From: Blastocladiella emersonii ATCC 22665
Taxonomy: Eukaryota; Fungi; Blastocladiomycota
Length of the DNA: 64,000 nt
Reading direction: 5' to 3'
NCBI GenBank assembly: GCA_025594325.1
Contig: JANHCV010000003.1
Location: 2,046,001-2,110,000, forward strand
Below are positions 23,910 to 35,541 of the stretch, in pieces (the stretch's first letter is position 1; each line of letters starts with the position of its first letter). A model generated the notes under the pieces. That model did not search any database. It was not told the origin of the DNA and worked only from the letters and a program-made list of their open reading frames with translations. A program made the position numbers and the translations under genes.

Positions 23910-26900
23910 ATGAAAACACCCACGAAAGAGATCATTAGCCTGCTGAGCGACGATGAGGGCGACGCGGCGCCCGCCGCGCCCGTGGCCGCCGCGCCAGTCC
24001 CGCCGGCCTCCCAGAACTCGGTCATCATGGCGCGGCCGCGCACGTTGATGGACATGTTCGCGTCAGGACAGTCCGCTGCACGGCCAAAGCAGGCCAAGCC
24101 GGCCTCCGCCGCTCGCGGCAAGGCAACGGCAGCGCGGCAGCCTGCGGCGACTGCATCCCGATCCAGCTCGCTCAGCAGCAGCGTCACCGACGTTGCCGTG
24201 GCCGAGTTTGCCGCCACGCTAAGCGCGCTGACCGACACGGACGTGCCGCTCGCCGAGGCGCGTCGGAGGCTCGAGGCGAGCGCGGGCGACGTCGAGCGCG
24301 CTATCAACGCGTACCTCGACGGGGCTCCGGCGCCAACGGCGTCTACGGCGGCGGCTCCGTCGGCGCTAAAGAGCGGTCGCGCGACACCCACGGCCGATCC
24401 CGCTGCACCTGCCGCCGCGCCGCCATCGTCGTCGACTTCGGCGCCCATCGCGCTCGACCAGTGGAGCAGCGGACCTTCCCGCGACGGCCACCCACTCGGC
24501 GACTGCCTGCTCACGACCTACGCCGTCACGTCGGGCCGCGGCCGGTTGCAGCTCGGGCTCGAGTACCGCGTCGACTCACAGGACCGCAACCCCGCCACCC
24601 TCGCTGCCGCCGCTGCTGCCGCGGCCGCCTCCGCTTTATCGTCGAGCATCGCGCCGAGCAAGAAACGCTCGCGCACGGGCTACGACTCGCCGACGGCCGC
24701 CTTCAGCACGCGCCCGGGCGCGTCGACACCCTCGAAAGCGAGCGGCGCCAACACGGCCATCGTGCGGATCCTGTGCCCGACCTCGGGCTCGGCCGTTGCG
24801 CGGTTCGAGACGCGCGACGCGGCGTGGCTCGGCCCGCTCGTCTCGCGGGGCGTGATCGCGTGCACCGCGTCGCTCGTGACGGCGCCCGATCCGGTGCGCA
24901 CGGGCGACGAGATCATCGTGACCGTCGCCGTGTACCTGCGGCACGCCGCGCTGCTGCCGCTCCCGCTTGGCATCGACACGGTCGCGTGGTGGGCCGCGCT
25001 CAGGTCGCCGCTGTGCACGCTCATGTCCCGGTGTAACGTTGTGCCGAGCGCGGCCGGCTTGCCGCTCCCGCCGCACCCGCCCGGCGAGGCGGATAAGATC
25101 TGGGCCGGGTTTGGGGCCGCCGACGCGCTCGCGGGGAGTAATGGCGCGGTGGATGACTGGGAGCGGCCGATTGCCGCGAACGAGGCCGGCGCGACTGTCG
25201 ACGAGAATGCAACGGTTGACGAGGCCAACGTTAACGTCGGCCTGCTCAACTCGCTGTTCGCCAAGTCGGCGCCCATCGTCGAGGCCCTCCCCGAGCACCC
25301 GACCCCGCCCTCCATGGAGTTTACCCTGCGCCCGTACCAGCAGCAGGCGCTGCACTGGATGCTGCACCGCGAGACCCGCGACGTCGGCGCCGACAACGAC
25401 AACGACGCGAACGCCGCCGAGTCGAGCGGAGCCCCGCGCCGACGCCTCGACATGCACCCGCTGTACCTCGAGCTGCCGCTCCCCGGCGCGGATGCCGCCA
25501 AGTTCTACATGAACCCGTTCGACGGCCGGCTGCAGTCGTCGTTCCCGTGCGTCGAGAGCCAGGCGCGCGGCGGGATCCTGGCCGACGAGATGGGGCTCGG
25601 CAAGACCATCGAGGTGCTGTCGCTGATCCACGCCAACCCGCCGGCGCCGCACTCTGAGCGCACCGCAACCCTCGTCGTCGCGCCCATGACGCTGCTCGCG
25701 CAGTGGGCCAGCGAGCTGCGCGCCGGATCCAGGCCGGGCACCATGCAGGTCATCGAGTACTACGGCGGGTCGCGCTCGCTCGCCGCACTCGACGAGCCCG
25801 TGCAGGAGACGCTGATGCGGCCCATGGCGGCGACGCGCCGGAGTACTCGGCGCCGCAAGCGCCGCGTCGCGGCCGAGGACGGCGATGAGAGCGACGACGA
25901 GGACTACGTCGAGGAGGTCCCGGAGACGTCGCCGTCAACGCGCAAGCTCGTCCACCGCGTCGTCGTCACAACGTACGGCGTCGTGCAGGCCGAGCACGAG
26001 CGGCCCAAGAACGCCGGGTCGCCCGCGCCCCTGTTCGCGCGCGAGTGGCACCGCGTCGTCCTCGACGAGGCTCACACCATCAAGTCGCCCACCACGCTCA
26101 CCACGCGCGCGTGCTGGGCGCTCAAGGCGCCGCTGCGCTGGGTATGCTACTCTTTCTTTAGTTGCTTCCAGTCCGCTCGCTAACCTCCGCTGATGTGTAG
26201 GCGCTGACGGGGACGCCGATCCAGAACAAGGTCGACGACCTGTTCTCGCTTGTCCGTTTCCTCGACTACGCGCCGTGGTCGCAGGCCGGGTTCTGGCGGC
26301 GCCAGATCTCGGTGCCAATCCAGGCCTCGCAGCAGCAGCAGGACAAGCCCGTCGGGATGCGCCTGCGCGGCGGTGCCAGCGCCGCGAAATTCGGCGCGCC
26401 GCCCACCGACCTCGACGCCGAGGCGGCGGCCGAGCGCGCCATGGAGACAGTCCAGATGCTCATGGCGCAGCTCGTACTGCGGCGCACCAAGCAGACGCGG
26501 ATCCACGGCGAGCTGATCCTCACGCTCCCGCAGAAACACGTCGAGCTGTGCCGGCTCAACCTCGACCCGCTCGAGCGCGATATTTGTATGTGCTATTGCG
26601 TTCGCACACTCCGGCATGGACTGACCATCGCGTGTAGACACGGCGCTCGAGAAACACACGCGGACCAAGTTCTCGCACTTTGTGCAGGCCGGCACCGTGC
26701 TGTCCAACTACACCAACATCCTGGCCCTCATCATGTCGCTGCGCCAGTGCTGCAACCACCCGGTCCTCGTCCTGCGCAGCGTCACGGGCGCCAACGCCTC
26801 CGACCAGAAGGACCACGCGGGCGGCGACGACCCGCCGCCCGCGGACCTCCAGGAGCTCCTCGCGCGGTACATGAGCGCGTCCGAGGACGAGTCGGGCGGT

Positions 26901-27797
26901 GGCGGCGGCGGATTCGGCCAGGCCGTCGTCGACCAGCTCGCGTCCGGGGTCGGCGACCGGACCAGCTCGCCGACGCCCGCGACCGAGTGCCCGCTGTGCC
27001 TCGACCCCGTCGTCGACCCAACGCTCCTCCCGTGCCTGCACCTCTTCTGCCGCGAGTGCATCACGTCGTGCCTCGCGACTGTGCCCAAGTGCCCGACGTG
27101 CCGCCGCGACGTGTCCGAGTCCGAGGTCTACAGCGTCGTGTACAACAACAACAACAACGGCGGCGGGTCCGCGCCGTCGTCGCAGCCTGCGTCGACCGAG
27201 GCCGCCGCGGCGCCCACCGCCAGCAGCATCACGGTCGTCCGCGCGGACCAGCGCGGCCGGTCGGCCGAATCGACCAAGCTCGCCGCCGTCGCCGACCGCG
27301 TCGCGGGTCTTCCGGCGGGCGAGAAGGCGGTCGTGTTCACGCAGTTCCGCGAGATGCTGACGCTCGTCGAGACAGCGCTGGCGCGGCGCGGGGTGACATC
27401 GGCGCGGCTCGACGGGAGCATGACGCAGGCAAAGCGCGAGGCCGAGCTCAAGGCGTTCCGCGACCCCGCGGGCCCGCGGTGCCTCGTGGCGTCGCTCAAG
27501 GCGACCAACGTCGGGCTCAACCTGTGCATCGCCAACCACGCAATCCTGCTGGACCCGTGGTGGAATCACGCCGTCGAGCAGCAGGCGGTTGACCGGATCC
27601 ATCGCATCGGTCAGGAGCGCGACGTGTATGTGACGCGGTACGTGATGCACGAGACGATCGAGGAACGGATGCTCGATGTCCAGGACGCGAAGATGGCGCT
27701 CATCTCGGCCGTCACGGGCGCGCCGAAGCCGGCGGCCGCGGACGAGGATGTGCGGCAGCGGCGCGTCGCGGAGCTCAAGCTGCTGTTCGGGATGTGA
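23910..27797 (+). CDS. RAD5: Rad5-like SNF2 helicase / RING E3 ligase; exons 23910-26141, 26201-26585, 26638-27797
   Basis: UBA/CUE-like LEASAGDVERAINAYL, HIRAN-like region, GGILADEMGLGKT, VLDEAH, LTGTPIQN, C3HC4 RING CPLC...PCLHLFCREC...CPTCR and QAVDRIHRIGQ. Confidence 0.92.
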
Positions 27798-27863
27798 GCG
27801 GTGGTAAAAACTACATGAGCGTGTGTATAAAAAAGTGGTGCCGCGTTGCGCTCTTGGTCGCGA

Positions 27864-28626
27864 TTACTCGTCGTCAGACTCCTCCTCGTCGCCCTCCTCA
27901 TCCTCGCTGTCATCCTCCTCGTCGGACGAAAAGCCCCACATGTCGTCTGTCCGGTCCTTGATGTCCATGGCGAGCAGGTCGGCCTCGGACACCTCGCCGC
28001 GGTCGAGCTTGCGCAGGAAGGTGCGGCGCTGGCGCTCCGTCAGCATGCGCAGCTTGATCTCGTACTCTTGCCGCTGCGCGTTCATGTCGGCCGCGGACAT
28101 GGTGTTGACGCTACAGAGACAAGGTGTGAGTTGGGTCCAGACGTGATCGAGAGGTGACGGCGGGGCGTACCCCTCAACAATCTCCTTGGACTCGAGGCAC
28201 TTGGCGCACACACCCTTGTCGGTGGCGCACGGCGTGCACATGACGTGGTACGCGTCCTTGACCGTCTTCTGGTTGCAGGTGACGCTAATCGGCGGGATGG
28301 GGTAAGCGATTGCTGCTTGGTCATCGCAGAACGAGGGAGACGCGACGCGGGCGTACCACTTCTTGGGCGCCGTCAGCGGCTTGTACTTGCGGAACTTTTT
28401 CCGCCACTCGCTACACACACACGCGCCGCGCGTCGTCAGTGTCGGCATCACAAGACAAGTCCGAAAGCGCGCCGTACATGACATCAAAGCACTTGGCGCA
28501 CAGGCCGTGGATCGGGAGCCCGAGAATGACCTTGGTCTTCTTGGACGCCTTGTTGTGGCGGAACGCCGTCGTGTTCTGGTACTTTTGGCCCGACTTCTTG
28601 GCGCCCGTGGAGATTTTGCCGGCCAT
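27864..28626 (-). CDS. C9orf85/DUF2039-like small Cys-rich protein with acidic tail, multi-exon
   Basis: QKYQNTTAFRHNK, GLCAKC, WRKKFRKYKPL, CNQKTVKDAYHVMCTPCA..GVCAKC and RQRRTFLRKL are the motif pattern of this family. Confidence 0.78.
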
Positions 28627-28920
28627 TTTGGATCTGCAACGAGATGGCGGCGGCGTCAGAACCACCGCGGCAACGAGTTCATCAGAGTTACATGGTGCAT
28701 ACGAGTCGTTTACGCTGCTCAATTGGTGGGCAACGGCCTCGAACTGGGTGACGAGAGGAGCGGCGCGAGCACAGCGGCGGTGTGGCGCTGCGCCCGTGTT
28801 GCGCGCGTCAGGTGATGCCGGCATGCGCCGTTGTCGCGTCGGCGCGAACTTGCTCTCTCCCTCACCGACCCATCCCCACAACAAAGCTCCATGCAACCAC
28901 GCCGAAATACTTGCTGAACC

Positions 28921-29774
28921 ATGTCCGACCGCCGCCGAAACCCACAGCCGACCATCGACGACACCGCGTCCGGCGCGGGCGAGGCCGACGCGGCGCCCGC
29001 GCGCGACCGCGACCGGCCCAAGGTGTCGCGCCAGGCGTCGATTCTCAAGTTCAAGGGCGTGTTCCAGAGCGAACGTGTGTATCGCCGCGCGATGCATGAC
29101 GCGAATGGGAGCTAACGATCCCAAGAAAGTGACCGAGATGCTGTACACGCACGGCGACCCGGCCGACGCGGAGCCCGACCCGAACACCATGGATCTGCTC
29201 GAGGATATGATGCTTGAGTTCGTCTATGACACGGTATGCCGCACCGGCTGCTCCTGCCCCGCCCTCGCCTAACCTCCTCCCGAACCCGTAGTGCGTGCAA
29301 GCCAACCGCATGTCCTCGTCCAAATCCCGTCTCAAGATCGACGACCTGCGCCTGGTATTTCGCAACGACCCGGTGCTCCTCGGCCGTATTGAGGAGATCA
29401 TTCGCAAGGAGAAGAAGATTGCGCTCGCGCGCCGCGCCATCTCGGACCAGCCGGACCTCACCGACCTCGCGCGGTTTGCCGAGGAGGAGTCGAGTCCCGC
29501 GGGCGGCGGCGCCGGCGCGCTCGGGATCCCCGGACTCGATCTTGGTGGTGGTGCGGGCGTCCCGGGCGGCGACTCGGACGATGATGGCGGGCTCGCGGCG
29601 CTGCTGGCGAGCGCGACGGGTAAGGGCACGGCGGCGGCCAAGGATGACGACGACGACGAGGACGACGATCCATTGCTGGGCGGCGGCGGGGCGAGCAACG
29701 CCAAGGGCGGGAAACGCCGCCGCCGCACGTCGTCGAACGCGGACACGGACCCGCTCGCGTTCATCCACGGCTAG
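28921..29774 (+). CDS. TAF13: TFIID subunit TAF13-like histone-fold protein; exons 28921-29074, 29130-29233, 29292-29774
   Basis: Spliced GVFQSELTEMLYTHGD...TMDLLEDMMLEFV...LKIDDLRLVFRNDPVLLGRIEEII..IALARRAI. It is a short single histone-fold half, unlike the longer SPT3. Confidence 0.78.
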
Positions 29775-29827
29775 CTGGCAATCGAACAAAAACTACTATG
29801 TATATATAAGGGTATCAACCACCTCCT

Positions 29828-32137
29828 CTACGCGAGCCCAATCGCCGCCAACCACCCCGTCACCCGGGACGACGCGCGGCGCGGCACCGCGCGGACCATG
29901 GGCCCCATGTCCGCCCCGAGCGGCTCGTCGAGCAGCACCTGCTCGCACGCCTCGGCCGGGTGCATCCACCACCGCAGGTACCCGACCGCCGACACGTCCG
30001 GGTTGCCGTAGTCGTACGCAAGCTCCTTGGCCAGCTCGAGCCGGTGCAACCGGCACCACGCGCGCATCGTGCGCAGGTCGACCAGCCGGTTCGCGTCGTC
30101 GAATGCCGCGCGTTGCTCGGATGTCAGGCGGCCGAGACTTGCGGGCGATGATGAGGAAGCGGGGGTCGTGGTTGAGCGCCACGACGACCGGCGTGAGTCG
30201 GAAAGGTCGACGGCCGACGACGTGGGCGACGACCCGACGCTGCTCGACGCGGGCATCCCGCCGAGCGGCGCACGGCGCGCCTGCTCGAGGACCTCGCGCG
30301 CCGTCATGCGCGGCGTCCACTTGCCGTGGGCCGGGTCGACGTGGTACAGCGGGAGCAGCTTGTGTCCGTGGATCGCCATCCACTCGACGGCGCGCAGCAC
30401 GTATTCGACCTCGTGCGGCGCCGAAAAGTAGTTGAACGAGAACCGGAGGAACCCGCTGCGCAGCGAGTCGATGAACGGCACCTTCTTACCACCGCCCGCC
30501 GCCGTCTTACCCGCGCCGCACGAACACGACGGAGCGTCGCCGCGCAGGGCCTCGCCGCGGACCGCGTCGTCGTGGTTGAACAGGCGGCCCATGAGCGCGA
30601 CGCGGTCGCGCGGGATCGCTTTCAGTACCTCAAAGTACGGGCCCGCGCACATGCACCCGCCGCGCGACTGGATCCCGAACACGTCGTTGAGCGCCGCCGA
30701 CAGAAAGTTGTGGTGGTGCAGCATGCCCTCGCGCGGCGCCGCGATCAGGATCGAGAAGACGGGCACGCGGTCGCCGGTCGTATCGCCCAGCACCTCGATG
30801 CACGGGTGCGCCGCGAGGCGGTCGAGCCCCGCGCGCGCGATCCGCGACTCGAGCGCGTGGATCGTGTCGGCGCCGACGCGCGCCTTGGTGCGGAACGCGA
30901 GCCCGCACCGGATCGCCTCGAGGATCGCGGGCGTGCCGGCCTCCTCGCGCTCCTCGAGCTCCTGGTGCACGTACTCTTGCCCGGCCTGGCTCACGAAGCA
31001 CACGGCGCCGCCACCCGGGCGTGCGGGCACCTTGTTGGCGGACAGGATCGCGGTGCGCACCACGAGCACGCCGGGCGAGCCGGGTCCGCCCATAAACTTG
31101 TGCGGGCTGAGGTACACGGCGTCGAGGTACCCGAGCGGGTCGGCGGCCGCGTCGCCCTGCATGTCGACGTCCACGTACGCGCCGACGCCCGCGTAGTCGA
31201 AGCACGCGAGCGCGCCGTACCGGTGCAGCAGGCGCGCGATGGGCCGCACGTCGATGGGGATGCCCGTCACGTTGGACCCGGCCGAGAAGCTGCCGACAAT
31301 GAGTGGCGCACCTGCAGCCGTCGCCTTACACAAAGCCGACTCGAGCGCGACCAGGTCGAGCGCGCGGCCGTTGTCGACGACGGGCAGCGTGACCACGTCG
31401 CAGTGCGACTCGCGCCACGGGAGGAGGTTCGAGTGGTGCTCCATGATGGACGTCAGGACGACGGGGCGGCGCGGGCCGGGCCACACGGCGCCGTCGTGCA
31501 GGCGCAGCGTCAGGAGCAGGTGCTGGATCGCGGCCGTGCTGCCGCTGCCCGTGAACAAGACCGTGCAGCGCGTATCGGGGCGCGACACGGGCGGCAGACC
31601 CGCGGCGGCGCTTGCGTCCACGGCAACGATCGACGACGCGCCGCTGTCGCTCGCCGAGTCGTCTTCGGCGGCCGTGTTCTCGCCGCTGCTGGCCTCGGAC
31701 TGGTCGGGCGAGCCGGCAGTCGGCGTGGCGATGCCCTCGTCCTTGGCGCCGTGATGAGCGGAAGTCGGAGTAGCGGCGGGCTTGGGCAGACCGTTGACGG
31801 CGCGCAGGATCTCGGCGCGGGCGGCCTCGCGGAGCGCGCCGGTGCGCTTGGCCGTGACGGTGGTCGTGGTGTGGGTGTTGGCGTAGAAGGGCATGACCTC
31901 GTCGCGCATAAAGTCCTCGATGAAGGCGAGCGGCTTGCCCGAGGCAAAGTAGTCGCAGTACGTGACGCGGCGCTTGAAGCCGAGCGGCGTCGTGAAGGTG
32001 GCCTTGCGCCCGATGACGGCCTTGCGCACGGCCTCGACGCGTGCGGGCGCGGGCAGGAGCGGCGACGACGCGGTGGCGGTGGTCACGGTGGCGGCCGAGT
32101 AGCGCTTGGACGCGAGGGCGTGGTCGATGGCGTCCAT
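29828..32137 (-). CDS. Class-V PLP-dependent aminotransferase (cysteine desulfurase/SufS-like family)
   Basis: YCDYFASG, YANTHT, EHHSNLLPW, FDYA, SPHKF (PLP lysine), EEAGTP and GIQSRGGCMCAGPY; intronless. Confidence 0.9.
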   Translation of the reverse strand: MDAIDHALASKRYSAATVTTATASSPLLPAPARVEAVRKAVIGRKATFTTPLGFKRRVTYCDYFASGKPLAFIEDFMRDEVMPFYANTHTTTTVTAKRTGALREAARAEILRAVNGLPKPAATPTSAHHGAKDEGIATPTAGSPDQSEASSGENTAAEDDSASDSGASSIVAVDASAAAGLPPVSRPDTRCTVLFTGSGSTAAIQHLLLTLRLHDGAVWPGPRRPVVLTSIMEHHSNLLPWRESHCDVVTLPVVDNGRALDLVALESALCKATAAGAPLIVGSFSAGSNVTGIPIDVRPIARLLHRYGALACFDYAGVGAYVDVDMQGDAAADPLGYLDAVYLSPHKFMGGPGSPGVLVVRTAILSANKVPARPGGGAVCFVSQAGQEYVHQELEEREEAGTPAILEAIRCGLAFRTKARVGADTIHALESRIARAGLDRLAAHPCIEVLGDTTGDRVPVFSILIAAPREGMLHHHNFLSAALNDVFGIQSRGGCMCAGPYFEVLKAIPRDRVALMGRLFNHDDAVRGEALRGDAPSCSCGAGKTAAGGGKKVPFIDSLRSGFLRFSFNYFSAPHEVEYVLRAVEWMAIHGHKLLPLYHVDPAHGKWTPRMTAREVLEQARRAPLGGMPASSSVGSSPTSSAVDLSDSRRSSWRSTTTPASSSSPASLGRLTSEQRAAFDDANRLVDLRTMRAWCRLHRLELAKELAYDYGNPDVSAVGYLRWWMHPAEACEQVLLDEPLGADMGPMVRAVPRRASSRVTGWLAAIGLA

Positions 32138-33076
32138 GACGGTAACGGTGGTCGGTGGTCGGTGGTCGGTGATCCAGGATGATGGCGGGTCCGAGATGGT
32201 CGGCCACGGGCGCCGCTAGGCTTTATAGTGGCCGAGCCACGAATGCGGGGCGGTTCATGGTGTCGCTACAAGTCGGCGATCGGCAAGCGGGGCGACCCAG
32301 CGGGCAGGATCAGCGGCGGCATCACCAGCTCGAGAAGTCTGTTACAGCCACAGTATCGGCCAAAGCCAGCGGTTCATCTGCACCGGGTCCGAGAGCAACT
32401 AGAGGGAAGCGGTGCCGTAGAACGATGGGCGATGGGCGGTGGCGCCGGCACGGCGCGACTCGGCGGGACAACTGCAAGCGCCCCGGTCCACGCATCTCGC
32501 CCGGATTCAGAGTTTCTTGAGGATCACCCGCACAGAGCTCCCTTCTCCTCCTCCTCCTCCTCGAGCGTGACGTGGCGACCATGCGCATTGCGGCGGGCCA
32601 CGCGGGTCGGTGAGAACGTGGGGGGTGGGGGAAGCGGAGAGCGGCGACGGCCACGGCGGCGGCCGACGGTAAATCGTGTGGCGCGCGTCCGGTGCCGGGT
32701 GGCGGAGGCGGAGCCGGAGGCGCCCATGCCACCGCGCTGAGACGGATCACCGCCCGTGCCCAAACCTGCCCACGCTGCCGACCGCCCCACGCTGGCCGCC
32801 CACTCGCGCGTGTGCGGGACGGCGGGCGCCGCCTCTCGAAGTCTCTTCGACTCAACCGACAAGGAAGCCGCCGACCACGAAGCGGGCGCGGTCCCCGTCC
32901 CGTTCGTTCCCATGCTCTCTCCGCTGTGCGAGCCGGGGCGGCACCGGCTCCTGCGACAGGAGGCGAGCGGGCGAGAAGTCTAACAGGACATGGGAACCCG
33001 GCGGGTCGACGGGTCGTCCTGCTCCTCTGTGCAGACATCGTCGTTCATGAAGCGCTCGATGCATCGACTTGCGTTA

Positions 33077-33480
33077 CATGCTGCACGATGTCGGCCGTGC
33101 TCGACGCGTGTCGCATGAGCGGGAGAGAAGGGATGTCGTGCGGCGCGGTGCGCGTGCCGGCCGACCTCGCCGGACGACGACAGCGATGGTCGTGTCGCGC
33201 CTTCCGTACTCCGCAGTGTCATGTTGCACAGCAGCGACCATGCATGACGCGACGTTCATGAGGCGCGAGAGCGAGGTCGAAGTCGCGACGCAACACGCGC
33301 ACACCGGCCGACATCGCCGGACGACGGCTGCGAGGGCTGCGCCCTCCGTAGTCAACCGCGTCATGCTGCACAGCAGCGGCCGTGCTTGTCGTGCCTTGAG
33401 GCGCGAGCGAGGGCGAGACAAGTCGCGACGCGCACGCCGACCAACCCCGCCGCCGTCGCTGCGGAGCGGACGTGCCTCCC
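33077..33480. repeat. Degenerate tandem repeat with a period of about 142 bp, about 3 copies, non-coding
   Basis: CATG(C/T)TGCAC occurs at 33077, 33220 and 33362. Shared blocks include CCGGCCGAC(C/A)TCGCCGGACGACG and GCGCC(T/C)TCCGTA. Confidence 0.7.
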
Positions 33481-33609
33481 GTCCTCCATCGCGCCGCGTC
33501 GCTCGCAGCGTGGACCTGTCGTCAACGCTGGCGCCGACTCGTCTCAGCCACGAGCGACCGTCGTGGCGCTGGGCGCCGGGGGAGACTCAGCGGGAGATGA
33601 ATTCTCGGG

Positions 33610-33770
33610 TGTCCCTGTGACTCGCTGCCAACCAAAACGCGTCGCGTCGGCAACCCTGCCGCGCCCACCCGAACCGAACGCGTTGATCTGCACGCTGCTC
33701 TGTATCCGCGCTTTTTCCGGCCGCGAGGCGAAACCGCGCAACGTGCTGTCCCTGTGGCCTCACAGGGACA
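33610..33770. promoter_or_regulatory. Repeated TGTCCCTGTG motif (3 copies, two forming a perfect 10-bp palindrome) upstream of the THI4 TATA box
   Basis: TGTCCCTGTG at 33610 (+) and 33747 (+), CACAGGGACA at 33761, 4-nt loop GCCT; TATAAA at 33868. Confidence 0.55.
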
Positions 33771-33955
33771 CGGAAACCGATGGGGCGGCCGCTCAGCGCG
33801 ACGATCGTCGCCTCGCTTCGCCCGTGTTGATGCTGCGCGCGGCGCTCGTGTTGGGGGCAGGCTCGAGTATAAAGAGCAGGCCGCGTGCCTCGAATCACCC
33901 TCCTCTCTCGACCATCATCGCGTTGACCCTCCTGAACCACGAAGCAACAACAACC

Positions 33956-35052
33956 ATGACCCTCACGACCTTCGCCGCCGACAAGCTGCCGTACGACGCC
34001 GTCAACTTCGAGCCGATCCGCGAGTCGGACGTGTCGCGCGAGATGACGCGCCGCTACATGACGTCGCTGCTCGACGCGGCCGACACGGACGTGGTGATCG
34101 TTGGCGCTGGTCCCGCTGGTACGCTTCTTGCGTCGTGGTCGCTTGACTCGGGCCACCGACCCTCACTCACATCACCCGCTCCACCCACCCTCACCCCGTC
34201 GTCGTCCAGGCCTCATGTGCGCGTACGAGCTGTCCAAGGACCCGTCGATCAAGGTGTCGGTGATCGAGGCGTCGGTTGCGCCGGGCGGCGGCGCGTGGCT
34301 CGGCGGCCAGCTCATGACGCCCATGGTGGTGCGCAAGCCGGCGCACCTGGTGCTCGACGAGCTCGACGTGCCGTACGACGACTGCGGCCACTACGTCGTC
34401 GTGTCGCACGCGGCGCTGCTGACGGCCACGCTGATCGCGCGCATTGTGCGTAACGGCGTCAAGCTGTTCAACGCGACGGCCGTCGAGGACTTTATCGTCA
34501 AGTCGGGCGTCGTGGTCGGCGTGGCGACCAACTGGGCGCTGGTCACCAAGGCCCACGGCACGCAGAACTGCATGGACCCGCAGACGGTGCTCGCCAAGGT
34601 GATCGTGTCGTCGTGCGGCCACGACGGCCCGCACGGCGCCACGGGCATCAAGCGCCTGCACGAGCTCGGCATGGTCGACAGCGTGCCCGGCATGAAGGCC
34701 CTGCACATGGAGGCGGCCGAGGACGCGATTGTCGCCAACACCCGGGAGATTGTCCCTGGCATGATCATCACGGGCATGGAGGTGTCCGAGGCCTGCGGCA
34801 CCAACCGCATGGGCGCAACGTTCGGCGCCATGGTACGCTTTGCTTGGGTCTCGATCGACGGTCGCGAACCGTTCACTCACTCTCGCGCTCTCCCCTCAAC
34901 GATAGATCATGTCCGGTCGCAAGGCCGGCTACCTCGCCCGCGAGAAGGTGCTCGCCATGCGCGTCGCCGAGGCCTCGTCGGCCCCCGTCGCCGCCAAGAA
35001 GGCCGCGGCCGCGCCCGTCGCCACCTCGGCCAAGAACGCCGTCCGCGCCTGA
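33956..35052 (+). CDS. THI4: Thiazole synthase THI4 (Cys-type, suicide enzyme); exons 33956-34118, 34210-34832, 34906-35052
   Basis: [53 protein letters not shown] (sulfur-donor Cys), GHDGP and RMGATFGAM. Confidence 0.97.
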
Positions 35053-35541
35053 GCTCCCGCTCGCCACCGACCCGCTCGCGCGCGCCCTGTATTCCTATCC
35101 CCCACCCCCATTTTGTCTCATGCAATGCAGTCTCGATGGCCCGCCGTAGCGCGGGCCTCCCTTGTACCACCACACCCGAATTCTCGAGAGAGTGATCGAT
35201 GCAGCAGCTTAGGATCGCCGGCGCGAGCGCACCGGGTGGAGCTAGCGTCGCGTCGAGTCGCGCCTTCACGTGGGAGGCGTTTCACGATGACTCGCCGGCA
35301 AACGCAACGCAATCGGCGACGCTCGGCCTATATTTGGACCTAAAATTCGCTCGCGTGAGGATTTTTCTGTGGGCGAGCTTCGCCCGCGATGCCCTCGGGC
35401 GTCGATAGGCTCTGGAGCCGGGCCGCCGTCGCGTCAGCCGGCCGAGCCGTAGCGTATAAGAAGCGCGCGGTCCCCCGCGCCGTGTCCTCGCTCCCCTTTA
35501 AACCAACCAGCACACCCCTCCACTTGCAACGAATCACAACC

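Noticed and set aside
28921-29774. SPT3 assignment
   Set aside because: Only one histone-fold half is present and the protein is short, fitting TAF13 better.
32720-32800. Possible TPP riboswitch (GCTGAGA...AAACCTG) upstream of THI4
   Set aside because: It lacks the conserved GAT..GGATAATGCC/ACC P5 loop and the closing GGGA, and lies more than 1 kb upstream of the THI4 TATA box, so it is unlikely to be in the transcript.
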